In this document: in pieces, positions 1 to 14,100 of the stretch
Layout: every line of letters begins with the position of its first letter
Position numbering within the stretch: position 1 is the stretch's first letter
From: Azolla caroliniana
Lineage: Eukaryota; Plantae; Polypodiophyta
Direction: 5' to 3'
Assembly (NCBI GenBank): GCA_043228905.1
Contig: JBHGNT010000001.1
Location: forward strand, 33,666,001-33,730,000
Length of the DNA stretch: 64,000 bases
Program-made: the position numbers and the translations under genes
Notes under the pieces: model-generated
Seen by the model: the letters and a program-made list of their open reading frames with translations, nothing else
What the model was told of the DNA's origin: nothing
Database searches by the model: none

Positions 1-611
1 CCACCTTGAAGACAACCCTATTGTCATATCGGACCTTTCCTTCTTCAGCTAAAGCCTGCACAGAAAACAAACCAAAGAAATTTTCATTTGATCATTGCAA
101 TGATTGACCAAGAACTTCAATTCTTTTTTTCCGACATTCTTTGTGTTTTATCTGGATTTGCTGACCAATGTGCAAAATTTAAGTTTTCATCAAGGCTGAT
201 ATGTAAAGAAGAGAATTGAGAGAAAGCATGAACACAAATATGAAAAAGTTGGATTTGTTTACCACATGCAAAATTTGCGTTTTCATTGCGGCTTACAGAA
301 AAACGCACGTACACAGAGAAGAAGAAGAAGAAGAAGAAGTAAGGGCGGATTCATACCTTAGCAAAACCTTCTGCTGTGCCGGTTTGAGTTCCAAAGAACA
401 CAGAGACCTTCTTCTTTGTTAGATCTTCAGGTTCAGCCTCAGGGGCGTGTAACGTGAGTTTCTTGGGAGCAACATTCTCCACAGCCTTCTTGGTGTGAGA
501 GCCCCCTAAAAGCCTCCATAGAAAGAGAGCAGATGACAGCAAGAAGACCGCAGCAACTACAGGCAAGAAGAGCGGGCTTCCAGAGAGAGGAATCGGATTG
601 GATGCTGTCAT
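1..611 (-). CDS. CPR: NADPH-cytochrome P450 reductase, 5' part (continues beyond window start)
   Basis: Exon 1 is 611-357 and encodes an N-terminal TM anchor then KKVSVFFGTQTGTAEGFAK (FMN-binding motif); GT donor at 356. After an AG acceptor at 57-56, exon 2 (55-1) reads ALAEEGKVRYDNRVVFKV, continuing the conserved CPR sequence in phase 0. Confidence 0.95.
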
Positions 612-650
612 CGTTTGAGAAACTATTTTGGACCGATCGCCCCAAGAGAT

Positions 651-1291
651 CTATAAAAATCTCTACTACTCAGAGAAATGGCTTTTTGCTGGATGCAAAA
701 GATTAGCAAAAGAGATCGAATGAATTGCCTAGATAGAAATTTGTCGAAAAAATATGCCGCCAAAACTACTCTCCGAGCTATGCCTTCCTGCTGGAAGCAA
801 ACCTTTTAACAAAGTGTTTGAAACCGACTCTCAGGAATCGCTTTTGCTATATAAACAGATCGATTAGCAATGACTGAGGTCTTGAAGAAATATGTTGTCA
901 AATCCTACTTCGGGTTAAGGCTTACGATCTGAGAAGTCCCCGGACGAAATCTGCAACCAAAACTCTGAGCTTTAATGCAATCACCGGTGGTAGAGCGCAG
1001 TACGCAGATAACTGTGAGATGTGGTGGCTTCCGGTCATACGGAATCCTTGTCGTTCCGAAAAACGAGAGATCGAGACAGAAACGGTGATGATGAGAGAGA
1101 GAGAGATTCACAGACTGCGAATAGATTTTGATGGAGATTGCGAGGTAGGAAGAACACATATAACCACGCTACAATCGTTTAATTATTAGAAAATTTTAAC
1201 AATCAGAGTCTGCGGAGACTTATAAGGGAGGTCTGAATGAGATTGGAACTCTTACACGGATCAGAGAGAGAGAGAGAGAGAGAGAGAGTAC
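651..1291 (-). other. Putative 5'-UTR intron of CPR
   Basis: Minus-strand donor CTGAG|GTACTCTCTC at 1291 and acceptor ATTTTTATAG| at 652-651, about 40 nt upstream of the ATG. A CT-rich leader lies upstream (1292-1500). Inferred without transcript data. Confidence 0.55.
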
Positions 1292-1441
1292 CTCAGCTAG
1301 AAGAAGCGAGTTGCTGCGTAATTGCAGAGAGAGAGAGAGAGAGAGTTGGTGAAGGGATTTGAATATGTTTTCCTGAGAAACGACTCAGGAAAGCAGCAAA
1401 AAGTTCCTCCCTTCGCTCTCTTCTCTCTCTTCTCTCCTCTA

Positions 1442-1500
<59 letters not shown>
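1262..1500. repeat. (GA)n and (GT)n microsatellites in the CPR leader
   Basis: (AG)n at ~1263-1288 and ~1327-1344, and compound (AG)n(TG)n at ~1447-1500. Confidence 0.95.
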
Positions 1501-1503
<3 letters not shown>

Positions 1504-1676
1504 AGAAGCCAATAGTACACAGAGCTCTGTGTGGCTATGGCGCAGGAGACGATAAACAGACAGACAGACAGAGACAAACAGAGAGATGAAGAAGACAGCC
1601 AATCAGTGCAACCGGCAATAGGCGGTGCGGAGATGAACGCCAACCGCTTGCTTTCGGTAATCTTTTTGTCTGCTAG

Positions 1677-1686
1677 GCCACGTGGC
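1677..1686. promoter_or_regulatory. Perfect palindromic G-box GCCACGTGGC upstream of CPR
   Basis: Sequence at 1677-1686, with a second CACGTG at ~1837-1842, in a GC-rich proximal promoter. Binding is not demonstrated. Confidence 0.5.
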
Positions 1687-4600
1687 ACAATCCCCCTGGA
1701 GCCAGAAAGCAGAGTAATAAAGAAATAAAAAGCTCAGGCAACCGCCGGTAGCCGGTCTCCAATGCGACGGAGCCCGGCCTACTACTGTCTACGCCGGTCG
1801 GACGAGTGAAAGTAGATGTGTGGCCTCACTCTCGCGCACGTGGAGTCTCTCTCTCTCTCTCTCTCTCTCAGTATGGGTGTGTGTGTTATGTGAGAGGGGA
1901 TGGGCGGATCGGTCCATGCCACGCCCGGCCGCCCGCCCGTAGTCATGGTTTCTTGTTCACTAGGTTTTCGGGTCCATTGCTTGAGGAAACCTGGCAAATC
2001 CGCACACACGTCCACCGCTCCCGGTACGAGCCAATACCCGACCCCTTTCTCTCCTCCCGGAGCCTTGTGTTGTCACTCCTCCATTTAACGTCATAGCTGG
2101 TCTAGGAATTGCTCGAATTCCGGGAAAAAAAAAAACTCGTCGAGAGTATGGACGAAACCTCAAGCCTAACATTGTGCCCCATGCCTTCGTCTTTGTGCTC
2201 GTTCTTTCTATCTAAAATCTATTTGTTAGTTGCGATATAAGTAAGATCAAAGGAATGACGGCTCACTCAGGAAGAGCCTAGTGTCGATGTATCACTATTA
2301 GTAGATAAATTTACTAAAATATGATTGGCATCACTTGGGAATTTAAAACATGTAGTTACGTATTTTAGAAAGATAAGAGATACACATGCTTTCTTCCCAT
2401 AATTCTATGGGTTGTAGGTGTGCCATTAAGAAAAATGCATGAGTCATGTGTAGGTTTACACCCCCCCCCCCCCCATGTACTCACAAAAGAGACATTTCGG
2501 GAGTTAGGACAAAGCATATACACCTATGCACATTGTTTTGAACTCCCGATACATTGATTTATATGGGTGTTTCTTCTAGTTTTATTCTACACAATAACAT
2601 TTTCAATTCGGTTTGATCACATATATGTAATGCGTGATGACGCATTATTGTTGAGAAGCATTGATAATGCAAGTGTCAAGCGTATGCATCATTTAGACGA
2701 TTTCCACCCTTTTATTGGGAATGCAACCCTAACGATTACAATCTTCCTTTCAGGGAGATAATAATTTTCTCGAGTCATGGGACAATTGATAATAGATTTT
2801 ACGAGACAAGGAGGTCCAAATGTTTGTGCTTGGGATATTCTCCTCTCTAATTTTCAACATTTTAACCATCATCGTGGAATTTCTCGTGCATTGAGAAACA
2901 ATGGAGGCATTCATCTAACAACAATCTGACATATGTATTGTATTGTCAATATCCCACCTTGCTAGTGATGTGTCATCAAGAAGATATGTGCTACTTTCTC
3001 TCGAATTCCATGAGACCTTGAGGTGTGTAGTTATCAAAAATATTGTTTTAGTAAGAATGGGTTGGCAACCACATCATTGAAGTTGCTACTCCCATTGATT
3101 AATCCATGAGTAACATGCCTCCCATGCTAGATTTAATATAGTATGTTTAGAGAAGAATATTAATTTTGTTGTCCACATGTAATTACCAATAAATGTGTTT
3201 AACATTTTTCAAGTCTTTTAGGTTGTTTTTCCTTGATGATGAGATGAGACAATCATGGTTAATGTCATTGGCATAAATTTAGGAGAAGTCGATCACCAAG
3301 TCATGATGACTTTGGAAGAAGATATAAACGAAGATGAGGTGTAGTGTGTCTCTCCGCGTGTTTTGGATGACATGAGCCAATATTGGAGTGACATTACAAA
3401 TGATTTTCTTAAGGCTTTTGTTGAGCAACACAAAGGTTCCCTTATGACATTATTTCTAGACTGCAAAGACTCAACAAAGAGGCTCAAATCATGGAATTTT
3501 GGTCTCATTAATCTTTTACCAAAAGTTATCTTTCTTGTATGTTGTGGCAGTAAAAACGAATATTGTAAATGGGTGGCTCGTATAAGTTTTTGCCAAAGTA
3601 ATTGTAAATCAACTTCAAAATGTGTTGCCTTCTATTATCCACCCCATAAAGTATGGATTAATGTGAGCACATCCTTCGTATTATTTTGAATATGCATAAA
3701 TAGTTGTGGTTTTTTCTAAGGAATCCAAATTATGTATGCCTCATATAGGTTTTGGTACACTTCCACGTTCAAGTTAGGTGTAATGTCAAATGCTTATGCT
3801 CGATTATGGATCAACAAGGGTGATACCATATATATTATCTCTATGACAACTATGCCCATTGTGCATGTTATTGCTACTCACCTAATCCTACGATACTTGA
3901 TGGACTCAACCAAGTAATTGTTTATTCTACATTTTTAGAATATCATACTAACTATTGGGATGAGCTCTGAGTAACTACATCTTCAAGATTGAATCTTGAT
4001 TCTACTCACCACCCATTAGAACCAAAGGTAAATTCCCCCGAAAACTCGATGCCAATTGTGGCATATTCTTGCAAATTTGTCAACAAGTTCCGTTTAATCA
4101 ATCAAGATGCTCAAACCATTCAATCCAACCTTCATGAAAGTATTCATAGATGACTTTGTAGTGTTTGAGCAAGTTAGGAACAATTTAAGACACGTAACAA
4201 AATTTTGAGAAAAATGTCGTGTAGCTTGACTTGGTGCCATCCCTGTAAATACATGTATGTTATGTCTATGCGAAGTAGACATAAAATCTATAGAACAAGC
4301 CCACCATCTTATAGGCTGAGTTGATTTACCCTTGAAATATTGTTGAGTTATATAGTTTATTAGTAGATTTATAACTGCATAATCATCCCCCGATTTGCTA
4401 ATGAACTTTTTCATTGGTAACCTTATACTCTCTCATATATACATAAAACATACACATATATCTTGTTCAATATATTCCCTACATAAATCTATACACATCT
4501 ATTGTTCATTGTAGGGAGAATTGACCATGAACGATATTGCAACTGCATCACCAAACTCTAATTTAGTAATCCATGTGATCAAAAGGGGGTTGACAAATAT

Positions 4601-7600
4601 GACAAGTTCTTGAAACATGATGACTCATTAGATTGGTTCACATTTGAGGATGGGCTCTTCCATGGGAATTGAAGCAACATTATCTTTGTTTTATGTCATT
4701 GTTTCAAATTCAAGTACTCAAAAACCTTGTTGAAGCTCTCCTCCACATTTCATCCTTCATTTGATGGCTAAATATAGTAGATAAATAAATTTCCTTAAAA
4801 TTTCCTCCAATGCATGATAGGGCTTAATGTTGGTTTTTTTTAATCCTTTCTAGTGATTAAATTTTTGCTTTATTTTTCATCGCTTGGCCAAGTCATGGAA
4901 GGGTTATGTTTGGGTCATCATTGCTCATGGTTGTGTCACAAAATTCCTAGGATGACAACAAGTTCATCACCAAATTATTACATGATTGAGATAGTAACTA
5001 GCAACCATAGAAAGATATGCGCCTCTTTTCATTGGTTGATGCAACATAACATTATGATGGCATGCTTCATTCTTACTTGCACATAATACCTTGTTCTTTA
5101 ATTTCATGTAAACAAGTATGTGTTCACTACAATGAGCAATAGCCACGACATACATCCACTTTTGGCTTACATAAGTCCATTGTCCCTAGGACTTAGGAGA
5201 ACATCTTGTGTTGTGTGAATTAACAAAATATTCTTTAGTTATTCTATATTTTGTTCATACGTCTCTCTCATTGTTATGTGAAATGACAAAAATATAATAA
5301 CGTGTTCTTAAGTTCTTATATTTTGTTCATTTGTCTCTCTCGTGCCCCCGACTATGGACCATGCCTTTGGGTATGCCATTATTGAAAAAAAATTGTTTAA
5401 TATGAAAAAAACCCCACTCACATAAATTGTTTTTGACATTTTTCGTATGATTGGTTAAAGCTACTGTGCGTGTGCCTTTTATTTTATTACATTATTCTTC
5501 CACACGTCGCGTATACGTTGTTCAATGAGCTCCTTGCTTAGTAATAAATTAAAACACGTAAAGATGGAAAACATATTTCCTCGTGTCGTGTGTTAAAAAT
5601 CAATGTACGTGGGGCCATAATATTTAAATGAATGTTATGATTTCCTAGGAATTCACCTAATGAGGTTTAAAGGGAAACATAAACTAACCAACTGACCATT
5701 AATTATCAAGTTACCATTTAGTTGCAATTCTCTAAGTTTTTGGTCGTCTAAATTCTACTGTAAGGGGGGGGGACAGGCTTGTAAATACGTGGAAATATCC
5801 TATGTGCCAATCTTCCCAACTTGTAAGTTGTAAGGCCATTGTTCTTTGGAATGTCTTATAGAGATATTTGCTATTAGTAAGCTTGGATGTTTCACTTTGT
5901 ACATTCCCGATTGGGATACATATATGGAATATACTCAAGCAAGCCATGGGTTTTATAGTTTATTATCTTTTAAGGAAACAATTAGGAAGGTTGAAGCATT
6001 GTTAACGTTGTTGCTTAAAGTAAAACTTTTTTCTTGATTTGCCGTACATTCTTGATTTTCCCAAGTGATTGTGGGATTGTGAATCAATCAACTTTTTAAA
6101 TTTGTTCAAGGAAAACAGGTCACTACGAACAAATAAATTTTTCTTGGAAAATTATATTGTCTCTAACATCATTGATAATGCATGACATGGTAGTAATTAA
6201 CTTTTGTTTTTCCGTATTTTACCATTTCACATTCCGAATAATGGTTATATGTACATATTTAATGTGATGCTTAGTCTAGTTTGAAATGTTGTGCGTTACA
6301 CTTAAAAATTTGAAGGAGTTGTTTAATAATGGCAATAGCATGTAAGAAGAAACTGAAAAAGGGCAGTTGTCAAGGCCCACCATCATCAAATGGTTTTGTG
6401 GAGCCCTTTTCCTAACCATTTCACATGTTCCTCGATCACATTGATTATGCTTCAGAAGCATTCCTTGGGTAATGATACCAACACCTTATTGTAGATCTAT
6501 AAGATATGTTTAAGTTGGAATATGGTGTGCATTGTGCATCATAGTTGATGATAACATAATGTACATGAATCCTCATGCGTTTCTACGTTCGTGGCTTTCC
6601 CGTAATCTATAGTCATATTTGGATAAGGCACACCTTGGGTAAAAGTATACACATAAGATTGCAAGAGAGTCCATTAAGGTTGTAAGAGATTGAACACATT
6701 GACTAAGTTGCCAAGGCCATAATGTTGCATTATTTGCAACCCTTGGTCGTGGCAACATCCCAAATGTTATGGCTCCATGCTTTCCCTATGTCATCGATGT
6801 AAGTACTTGCCCACACTTTTTTTATAGGTTTGTAAATTTGTATCTCGTGTTCCAGTTGGCTATGAATGTATTAAACTAAGAGGTTTCATCGTTGTCCAAG
6901 ACTTTGGATTGCCATATGTGCTTGTTAATTAAAGTTCTTCTAGTTCAATAAGATTTTATATGTCACAAACAATTAAACTTACAAAAAGTTCATTCTCTTC
7001 CTTACATACTTATAAGGGAACCTTCGACACAAGATAATAAGTTGAGCAATTTACATTTGCATTTGAGAGAAAGCTTTGTAAACTATTGTCTAATAACCAT
7101 TTGTACTCTAAGGAAGTCTTAGTGGATTAATAAATCCTTGTTTAAAGGAACATAACCTTGTAAACAAGAAGGGAACAAATGATTTATGTGCATGTTGTCT
7201 ATGCTATGTATCCAATGCAGTTATGTTACAGTAAAGACAATGTGCAAGTATATGTTGTGTCTCTTGCTATGTGCGAACAAGGTGTATGTTGCAAATTTAA
7301 TCCCATTTGGACATCAGGCAACTAAAAAATTCATGTATGATTTAATATTATGTGATTTCCCATTTATTTCTCTTCTTTCTTCTTTCCTTTTTATTGCTTG
7401 TGGACCTATGTGATTCCCCATTTCTCTCTTCTTTCCTTTTTGTTTTGCCTAATTGAAATTGCATTTCTATATTTGTTTTATAAATGAACAAAATGCATTT
7501 TCTTTGTTCAAGAGTGCACACTAGATGCGCCACCCACCCAATCACACCTGACAATTACATGTCTTCGAAAATTTACTACAAGTACTATCTTTACTTTTAG

Positions 7601-8219
7601 CCTTCTTTGCTAGTAACCTTATATTTATTGTGATTTGTTTCCTACCTATTTTACCAATCGACTAAATTCGTTAGTTAGCCTTCCATTTATCTCCACACTC
7701 TTTCCCATGGATACTTTTTTGGTCGAACCTATATGTGTAATGCTAGTAGGAGGAAGTGTTGTTGTGCTCTCATAGATACAATGTTCACCCATCAAAGAAA
7801 TGGGATTGATATAGCATTGTGCACACCCATGCACACATATATTGAAAATTTTCATGTTCTCAAGTTTTTTTTATCCTTTTACATGTTGCTACTTGAAAAA
7901 GGAATCATTTTTGTATATCAATAGATAAACAATAGAATTGTAGTGTATATACACATGCGTAAAACCTTGCTCATTAGCATAAAAATAGTGTATAGCCAAA
8001 AATATTATAGATATACCCTTATATATTCGTGGTAAAATGATGGATAGAGAAAGTATACTTTGGTATTTTAAATAGCAAAATAACAAACTCTACTTTCAAT
8101 ATTCCAAACAATAAATAGTATACGATTAAGTTGGAAAATGGTTGTCCTTAATAGACACATAAACATACAAAGAGATAGATTTTATTGTCGTCCTTCGGAG
8201 GTCACATACAATCTCTCAT

Positions 8220-8255
<36 letters not shown>

Positions 8256-11160
8256 CAATGTTTCGCATTGTTATTTAGATTAGCAACTTTTGATTGTGTG
8301 ATTTTTTCTAATGAATGTTGTAATTGAGAGCATACATCACGATTCTAAGAGAAAATGTGTGTACCAATAGTAATGAGTGTTACAATTTAGAAAGTACATT
8401 GTGATCATGGCTGAAACGTGTATAGGGATAGGGCCAAACTATCAGAGTAGGGAAGTAACTCAAATGCAATGCAAGATGAAGCATTGTAGTAGAGACTGAT
8501 GAACTCACCAACTTGTTGGAGATGGCCAATGAATCTCTTCACATGTGTCCCAATATCTCATCTCACATTGAAAAAATTGAAGGGAAGTCATATGGAATCA
8601 ATGGTGAGGATGGAAGACAAGGAGATGAACTTTAGGTTGTACATGTGTGCGTGGTTTGCCCAAGCTATACAAAGTTGATTATAATTTGGTGAAATATTAT
8701 ATCTCTTAAGTCATGACTTAGTCATGTTGTAAAATCCCCTCCCTTAGGAAGTATCAAACCATCTCCCTTATCTCACAAGTGTCATGAATGTATCCCATCA
8801 TCTATCCATCCTGAACTCAAGTTTTTACTTTTGAACTTTTATTGATGCTTTCCCATTCAATTCTAGGAAGTATGATATAAGGGTGTTTTCTTAACCTTGA
8901 CCATGTTCTCAACAACCCTTTCCATGCTCATGATAAACGAGATAGATGGATATATTTTATTATTGTCCTTGGTGGTCAAATATGACCATGTGGAACCAAA
9001 AGTAGATATTTTTTATAAGAGTATGTATGGAATTCAATCGAAGTTAAAAGAATTTTATTGATGAACATTGCTATCAAGAATGCACACTGAGTGCGTGCGT
9101 GAGAGAGCGAGGGAGGGAGAGATTTATTATTCTTATTGTATATGTCCTAAGAAATCAGCAAAAGATTTCACCCTTTTGTTGTTTCTTCGTTTGTCGCGCT
9201 TATTTTCATTTCACACTAGTGGCAAGCTATGAATTGGGATTCAAAATCTCATTATGCGTGCACTAGTTTAGTAGAATCATGACACTATCAAATCTAGGGG
9301 CTTCAATAAAAGAACCCATTTTCTCTCCCTCTCTCTACGTGTCCTTGAAATTGTGACCTCACAACCCAAATAACCTCCTTTGATAGCATAGTATTTGCTT
9401 CAATCATTGTCAACATATCATTTATGTAATGTCAACCCTTCAAAGTGGTTGAACTTAATTCAACTTTTCGATACCTCCTAACTAACCATGTAAAAACTGC
9501 CTACAAACCCTTTAATTTACAATTGGGTAGGATGTTGATCTAGGTAGACATTCTCACCATAGATATTATTATTATTATAGATGCCGCCTTAATGTTATCT
9601 ACCATAAAATATTGGGCACATCAAAGACATCACATCATCACCTGTATATTTTGTGACATTTTAATAGGTTTGTAAAATGTCATGTGAATAAGTTACCAGT
9701 TTAATTCCAACCCCATTTTAAATTCATACAGAAATCTTGCTTACTGTATACAATTCCTTTTATTAAACACAAGTGACAGCTTCAAATGTATCCAAGAAAA
9801 GGTTGCCATGAGAGACACATAATTATTTCCTACTCCAAAAATTAATTAATAATAAATATCATCAACGTAAACATAGATTTGGCCTACCCAAATGCAAAAC
9901 TCATAACACATCCCTTTCTCTTTTGATGTTAATTAAAATGAGTTACCTACATAAGAAAATATCTCGAAAGTTTTGCGAAATTGTCGACATCTTCTAATGA
10001 TTGGTTGTCAATCTAGGAAATGATAATTCTTATTGAGCATTTACCACTAACACATCGAAAATATGAGTTATTATTGAAAGAAATAAGTTTGGGATAAGTT
10101 TGTATGACATTTTTATTCCTCTTATGTGATCCAGAAACTACAAAAGGCATAACATAAACTATACAAACTCACATCCAAACTAAAGAGCCATTATATAAGC
10201 TCATTATGGGCCTTGCAACTAGCAACAAGCAAGTTGACCTCGACTTTGTTAGCCAACATCCCATACCATCAACATACACTATCAAGTGTAAGAACGTTAT
10301 AATAAGGGCAAGAATACAATATTGCTCACTACTTGATCGTGAGAACAATGGATGCATGTGTTCAACGTCACTACAAGTCTTTTATACTACACAAAATCCT
10401 GCATTTAAGATGTGTAGGAGTGCATACTCACTCTTTATTTTTATAATCGATACATGCAACAATGCTTAAAACAACAAATTTAGGAAAATAATTACTTAGT
10501 GATCTAGGTAATAATCATATTCGTGGAATTGTCTTGTCCAAGTTTGTTTAGACAACTAATATTGAACATGGGTTAAACAGCAATCTGTCGAAGAAATTAT
10601 AATGACATTGAACCAAAACTACCAATTGCTATTGAATCTGCCATTCTTTGGGTACAATTTACAATCAATTTCCCTGCAAGATAGGTAGATAATGCACATG
10701 ACAACATGATAGGATCCATTTATGCCAATGTCTTAAGTTTCTAAGAAGATTAACGACATGTATAAACTAAAACGAGGTATCCAAGTGTTGAACTAATATA
10801 GGAAAAGTAAATATGTGGAAGATAAACTCTGAATAAGATTGAGGAATGAGATAATTGATAGACGTCTTGTATAGACGAGTATAGAAGAGTGCTTAAGGAA
10901 CAGAGTGAACCCCTTATTCTCATAAAAGAGATGTGGTTAGTGTGTAAAAAGATGAACACTTATGACTAGGAACAGAAAAGTTAGTGCAAATCCCTTTTAG
11001 ACTTAATGCATTGCATTTAGGCATATAAGCTTTTGTCAATATTCCTAGCACACCTATACATTAATTATAATGTCCAATTGCATATAACGACAACATTATT
11101 TCACAGCATAAAACATATTGTATTGATGTCATGATTACAAATGACAATGAGCCATTACTT

Positions 11161-14100
11161 TCACGGCAAGTAAACTTTGGGCCTTGCCTCTTGTTCTTTC
11201 TCAGAGAGCTCCCTGAAGTCATACCATTGGTAACCGCGGGAACCCACAGGCAATGAAGGCCTCACAAATACCTCCACCGCCTTGGGTGTATGAATTACTA
11301 CTTCTACTTCTTTGTCAATACTATCCATCATCTTACTATCTATGTCTGCCGCAAATTCTCTGTAACCAGACTCGATGGTCACCCACCCAAGGCCTGAGAT
11401 TGCAATGTCACATGCAGGCCTACATGAAGAAACAAGGTAGTAAGTTTTTATAACCATACAAATAACTAAGATATGGACAAGACTGTTTAATGCTACATAT
11501 GGGACCAAACAGTAAATGGGCGCCTATATTGTGTATAACTCTGGTATGGACAAGACCTGCCTCTAGGGCTTCAGTATATAATATTCACTCTATAGAAGGA
11601 TTCAGCCTCAAAACTAGCGATAGTGGTCAGCTAGTTTCATACAAACAGTAGCTATCCCTTTATATAGCAAAACCGTAGTCCTTTTCCACACCATAACTAT
11701 CTAGAAACTGGTAGGTATAGTATCTGTAGAAGCTTCATTTGACTCTAAACATAACCTCAGAGCTTCAGGCACATGAAATGAAATGAAATGATGCAAGAAA
11801 CTGATTCCATGATCAGTACTTACTTATCCCAAGACTCAAACATTAGTTTGAGAACCTGCTGATTTTGAAGCCCTTCCCACTCTTCTTTGCATGTAGGTGG
11901 TGTAAGCTTTTTGCCAACTTGTTCCTGCTTTCACCAAAAGTGATCCGTCAAAGATTTGTTAAGTATCGAATTCTGCTCATTGTTCAGTATTATCAAGGAA
12001 CTTCCACAAACCTGGTAAAATTTGTCCGCGTGAGGAGTTGCAACAATCTCTTTAGTAATCGCATTGGGACCATAAACGTGGAAATAAACATATGGAGGAG
12101 CCTATTGCCTCAAGAGAAAGCAAGTCATCATCTGAAATCTTGTCAATTACACAATGACTGATAACCATTAACAGAAGATAGTCATGAAAATATTGATTAC
12201 CTTGATTATATCAAGCCTTATAATGCCTCCCCATAGCACTGATGTCCCTGACAAGCTAGTTTCATCTTCTTCCTCAGTACTTGAAAGCTGTGAAGAGGAT
12301 TTTATTTCTTTGGAATTGTCCATGAAATCCATCTCATCCATTGACTTGAGAGGTAAATCATCTAACTCTGTAGGAAATAACTTCGGACCTCTTCTGAATA
12401 TAGAGGGTGCTATAAGGTGTCCCTGAAGTCGCCGGCGTGGAGCTAGAAGAGTTAAGTCACTTGGAGAAACCACAGCTGCCATTCTATGATGTACATGTAT
12501 CCCTGGTGTGTCAAACAGGCTCTGGTAATAAGAGGGAAGGTACAAAGGTTGAGATACCATCATGGAAATAATATCCAAATATTCACAGATCATAGAAACA
12601 AGGGGAAAGGGAGAATCATATTTATCCACTACAAGTTTCATCTAACATATCCCTCCTTTTTAGTCATTTTCCTTTTTTCTTTCATCTAACATACCCCTCC
12701 TCCAGTAAAAGGTTTTATTTCAATGGGCCCAAGTGTGGTTCCAGGCATGGCAGACTGGATAGGCAAATGCCGCAAAGCAGCTGAAGCAGCAAAGTCTCTC
12801 TTTGAAAAATCCTCTGCGATAGGATTGTTGAGACATGCGATATTAAAGCAAAGTAAAATTAAACACAACTTACATGTCAAAAATTTAAAACACCCGAAAA
12901 CTTTGGTACGACAGAAAAAATAACCACCAACTTACGGAGAATTGCACTCACAAAGGCAGACTTCCCAACGTTGGCTGATCCCTAGAAAAAATAATCAGGG
13001 ATAATGTTTATTGACATGATATTGCAAAATTGAACAATAGTTTTTTCTATTTCAAGTAAAGTTTATTGCAAAGGAACTTACTAAAATGTAGACATTCCGA
13101 CCCTGCGTATAAAAAATAAATGACAAAAACATCATCAGCATAAAATATTTCAATGCATGTTAACAAATAAATAATCATGCTGTTTTATCATTTTGGATTC
13201 TGTAGGGTGTTTTTACAATTTGAACTGTTCTGAAGGGATAATTAAGGTTAGAGTACCCTGGAATATATATTTTTCTAAAACTGTATCTATATTTATTATG
13301 TACATTCATCATCATGGATATTCAGCTCAAACAGTTAGCTTTTGGAACTCGTTGAAAACAAATTTGATGAAAAAGACAAACAAAAGAAAGCATAAAAATC
13401 AATATAATTATCTTAATCAACTTGGAATGAACAATACCTGCCTTTGTTGACGAATATATGCAGAAACACTTGAAATACCCTCCAAAGACTTTGAGCTTGT
13501 CAAATGAACAGATATTACACTACACAACAAAATTGAGACATATATCAGACTGAATCCTTAAAATACATGATAGATATGCACCTCCTTACAACATAAAACA
13601 TGCCCCCCCAGTTACAAGCACTATGCAAGATCAAAGAAGAAGACAGTGCCTAAACTTAAGCATGATGTAAGGACCCAATTATGGTTTGCATGGTAATCAC
13701 TAGAGAACAACCATTTAGTTTTTTAGTGGCAAGCAATTATAGCTTGCTGTTGCCCTAGGTGGCAAGAGCCCTTGTATAAATATGTGCATCAGGCTATAAG
13801 AAGGGAGGGATAATCGAGTGAATAGTTATTATACTGTGTTGCGTGGATTTGAGTATCAGCAAGGTATCCTGCCCCGCTAGGTAGCACCTAAGTCCGATAG
13901 GAACTTGCGTACCTCTCCTTCCCTTCATAGTAATCAGCTTCGTCAGTTGTTCCCATGTGCTTGATGCTCAGAGTCAACCTCCACTTTGGAGACATCCCTT
14001 ACAACCCATGAGATAACATTGGAGAAGAATATTCCAGGTACATCCTATACAGAGGAATATTCCTATTAATAATGAGAGGACAGAGACTGAAATACACAGA

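Noticed and set aside
1293-2172. Several 60-130 aa ORFs around the CPR promoter
   Set aside because: They are products of GA/CA microsatellites and GC-rich promoter DNA, with no domain motifs.
8490-8540. CTGATGA...GAA hammerhead-ribozyme-like core
   Set aside because: It lacks GAAA with correctly paired stems II/III and a cleavage triplet.
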